Below are positions 60,336 through 64,000 of a DNA stretch of 64,000 nucleotides, piece by piece. The DNA is taken from positions 94,054,001 to 94,118,000 of the forward strand of contig OX597818.1 in assembly GCA_951406725.2 (NCBI GenBank), in the 5' to 3' direction. The stretch comes from Octopus vulgaris (lineage: Eukaryota). Under the pieces are notes generated by a model. It was not told the origin of the DNA. It saw nothing but the letters and a program-made list of their open reading frames with translations, and did not search any database. Each line of letters opens with the position of its first letter. The first letter of the stretch is position 1. The translations under genes were made by a program, and so were the position numbers.

Positions 60336-62335
60336 CTTTATGTTCTGTTGTGAGTTACATGGTTATGTCTCACAGTTTTTATTTGTGGAAACTATATGTT
60401 GGAGGTGAGGGATTTATGTTGGCCTGTGTATGGTGTTTGTTTTTGCATGGAAAGTTGAGTAAAGGAGTGAAGAATGGCATTATCTGCTTAAGATCTGCCT
60501 GTTTGAAGTGGCACTAAGTAGATGATTAATGTGCAAAGGAAAGACTGATGGGATCATAACTGAAGTGTTGTGGCTTAAGAGAGATTTGCTGGCAATTGTG
60601 TGCTCTTAAAGGAAGTTTCTAATCCAGTAGACCAAACAGATGAAGATATGGTCAAGAGCTTTGTTGATGCCAAGTGTCAACAAAATTGCTTTTGTTGAAG
60701 CTCTCAGTGGCAAGAGACACAGTAGAGAAGTTCTCCAATAATTGTGGGTCTATGATAGTGTTGATAATTGCTGACGTAGGGAGAGATTCAAGGTGATGAA
60801 ATTAGGATTGTCTACAAAATGTTTCCAATGTCTTGGAAATATTGGGAGTAATAGGTCAGTAGTTGGCAGAGCTTAGAGTTGTTTACTTTTGAGAAGAAAA
60901 AACAGACTGATTTCCCTCGGGATAATTGTCATCTATGTAGGGGATTAAAGCTGTTGATTGGTGTATGTTGTAAACATGTGTTCACTAGTGTGGTATGTAT
61001 TGTAAATAGGTGAATTGTTGGTGTGTGTATATGTGTTAAAAAAAACACACACATAAGAATAAACAAACGAAACAAAGAGAAAACACACAGAATGTAGCCA
61101 ATACTCATCAGTTATTGTCAAAGAAGGATCACATATTTATCAGGTAGTAAAATTAATTTTGTATTTTAATGGTTGAGTATACCTGCCATCGAATTAGTCC
61201 TAGGATGAAGTAATTAGGTTAGATCTAAAACTGCTGACCTTGACATGAGATGACTGTATCTGGGATAAATTTAATAGAGAGATCTTGTATTTCTGATCTG
61301 TCCTTCTCATGTCAAGATGGTGTAAAATAGACATTATAATTATCAGGTGTCATTATAATTATGATCATTATTACCATGACAATGCTAATTATTATGGTGT
61401 TCTCATCACCATTATTATTGTCATTTGTGTCAAGCTTGCAGGATTGTCAGCACATTGGACAAAATGCTTAGTAGCATTTCTTCTTACACTGTGAGTTCAA
61501 ATACCACTGAGATCAACTTAGCGTTTTATCCTTTTGTGGCTAGATAAAATAAGTACCAATTAAGCTCTGAGGTTGATTTAATCAACCTATCCACTTCCCT
61601 TAAAATTGCAGGCCTTGTACCAAAATTTGAAACCGTTATTATGATCTTGGTGATGTCATGAAGATGTCTTTAGATTGTTTTTAGGTTGTGTGGAGCATAT
61701 TCTGTAGTCAAGTATGAGTTTATGTGTGGTCTTCTAAAAATAGCAAGCAAATCTCTGATATCAAAGAGAAGAATCTACTGTATGATGTAGTCCTATTTAC
61801 ATTATTCTTTCCTACTCTAGGCACAAGGTCCAAAATTTTGGGGGAGGAGGTCAATCGATTAGATCAACCCCAGTACACAATTGGTACATAATTTATCGGC
61901 CTTGAAAGGATGAATGGCAAATTTAACCTTGATGGAATTTGAACTCAGAACATGAAGACACAAAATACTTCTAAGCATTTCGCCCAGCATGCAATCCTAT
62001 ATATATTATTACAGTAAATAAAATGGAGTTGCAATTACTGGGAAACCTTTGCTCATAGCATGCTCAATCAAGGTTTACCTTTGGTTGAATAACATCTAAG
62101 GCAAAATGGAGTTCCTTCCTCTGCCATAAAATTGCATAAACAAGGATATCAAGTGACTGTATGCTTGTATTATAACTGAATTTAATGTGTGTATCCTGGT
62201 GTTAGAATGGGTACACTGCATATTAAAAGGGTTGATGACAGTAAGGACATCTGGTTGGAAAAGCATTGTTTCAGAAAATGTGTTCAATCCATGCCAGCAT
62301 GGAAAAACAGGCACAAAATGCTGCTGCTGAAAACA

Positions 62336-62386
<51 letters not shown>

Positions 62387-62959
62387 ACAGACACATGAAA
62401 ACATATGATTAATTACACACACCTATGTATGAGTACTCACATACATGACTGTTCACACAGGTGAATACACACACACACACACAGTGTAACATCTTAACTC
62501 TTATCATGTCCAGGAATTATGAGGCAATTAATTGTAAAGTGACAAGCACTCAACATTTGGCAGTTTTTATTAAAAACAGAATAGGCAGACATGACTTTAC
62601 TGGAGGGATGCCAACGTTGGCATGTGGTGGTAGTGGTGGCGGGGAATGGATAGGTGATAGTGTGCATAATGCAAGCTTAGCTTTAGTCAGCTTTACTTGA
62701 ACAGGTAGAGATACCAATGAAATATGTGATTTCTTAAAATTTTTAAATAATCTATATTTAATTAGGAGTTTTGTTTTTGACAACTTCTTGTATTTCTGTT
62801 CAAATCTCAGCTTTGCTTTTTTATTTCTCTTGGGTTAACAAATAGCATTATTAGATTTGGTGGTGGAAAAGAGAGCAATTCACCAGACTCTATAATGATA
62901 CCTGCGCTTTTGTTAAAATGAATTATTATTAGAATCAATAGTGCATCAGACTCAGTGTT

Positions 62960-63768
62960 TAGTGGTATTTAGTTGCATTCTTTTGTATTCTTAGTTGAAT
63001 GAAGCCCGGCTGGGGTTAACTTTGCTTCATTCTCTTGAGTGAATAAAATAAGTACTAGTCAGGTACTGGGTTGATGGTACCTTTCTGCGTATGCCTGTAC
63101 TTGAAGTAGTATTTGTTTTGGTTCTTTATGGTCTGGGTTCAAATGCTACCTTGATTAACCTTGCTTTTCATCGTATTGGGGTTGATACACCAGTCAAATC
63201 TTATTGGGGTTAAGCACCAGTCAAATATTGGTGCTGATGATTTTGACTGATACTCACCACAGAGAATTTCGAAATTGTGTGCCTATGATAGAAATTATTA
63301 TAACTAAGGTAGTGAGCTTGTAGAATCGTTAGCATGCTGGACAAAATGCTTATCACCATTTCGTCTGTCTTTTCATTCTGAGTTCAAATGCTGCCGAGGT
63401 TGACTTTGCCTTTCATCCTTTCAGGGTTGATAAAATAAGTACCAGTTGAGTACTGGGGTTGATGTAATCAACTATCCACCTTCACAAAATTTCAGGTCTT
63501 CTGCCTATCGTAGAAAGGATTATTATTATTATTATTATTGTGGTGAGCTGGCAGAATCGTTAGCATGCCGGGTAAAATGCTTAATGACATTTCATCCATC
63601 TTTGTTATGAGTTCAAATTCTACCAAGGTCAACTTTGCCTTTCATCCTTTTAGGGGTCAATAAATTAAGTACCAGTTATGCATGGGGTTCGATGTAATCA
63701 ACTTACTCCCTCGCACCAAATTTCAGGCCTTTTGCCTATAGTAGAAAGGATTATCATCATCATCATCA

Positions 63769-63814
<46 letters not shown>

Positions 63815-63915
63815 GGCAAACTGGTCGTTAGCATGCTGGGCAAAATGCTTACTGGCATTCCATTCCTCTTCACATTCTCAGTTCAAATTCTGCCAAGGTT
63901 GATTTTTGCCTTCCT
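62960..63915 (+). mobile_element. Head-to-tail stack of Nin-domain SINEs with (ATT)n tails
   Basis: Recognisable copies at ~63310-63540, 63541-63810 and 63815-63915, with more decayed ones from ~62960. Confidence 0.85.
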
Positions 63916-64000
63916 TGTTTGTGTGAGCTCTGCATGAGCTTGTCGTACAAATACTGTCTGGGTAGGTACATTGCTGTCAGTCATTCTCATGATGTGGCCA

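Noticed and set aside
55080-64000. STUB1 U-box exons (PDYLCGKISF, ITPSGITY)
   Set aside because: Not found; presumed downstream of the window.

Overview
AT-rich, repeat-dense eukaryotic DNA; the SINE/LINE families and microsatellite load resemble octopus (cephalopod) genomes, which is an inference. The only host gene I can support is the middle of STUB1/CHIP (TPR + U-box E3 ubiquitin ligase) on the + strand. Four GT-AG exons (18567-18765, 27499-27664, 44243-44318, 55023-55079) splice into one open frame. I found neither the first exon nor the U-box exons in the window, so everything else is probably intronic. The introns hold tRNA/CORE and Nin(Deu)-type SINEs, 5'-truncated RTE LINEs with a modular 3' UTR, a CR1-like LINE, a full-length dead mariner, Helitrons (including a helicase relic), piggyBac- and Tc1-type MITEs, Penelope-like remnants and several foldback palindromes. 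The most interesting leads are a near-canonical minimal hammerhead ribozyme (21449-21496, -), a covarying stem-loop repeated in the RTE 3' UTR, a tRNA-bearing tandem/inverted element, a dimeric SINE that moved as a unit, and a (GAT)n-interrupted splice acceptor on a STUB1 exon. I see no convincing new protein-coding system; most ORF-track entries are spurious. Repeat boundaries are approximate unless TSDs/TIRs are quoted.
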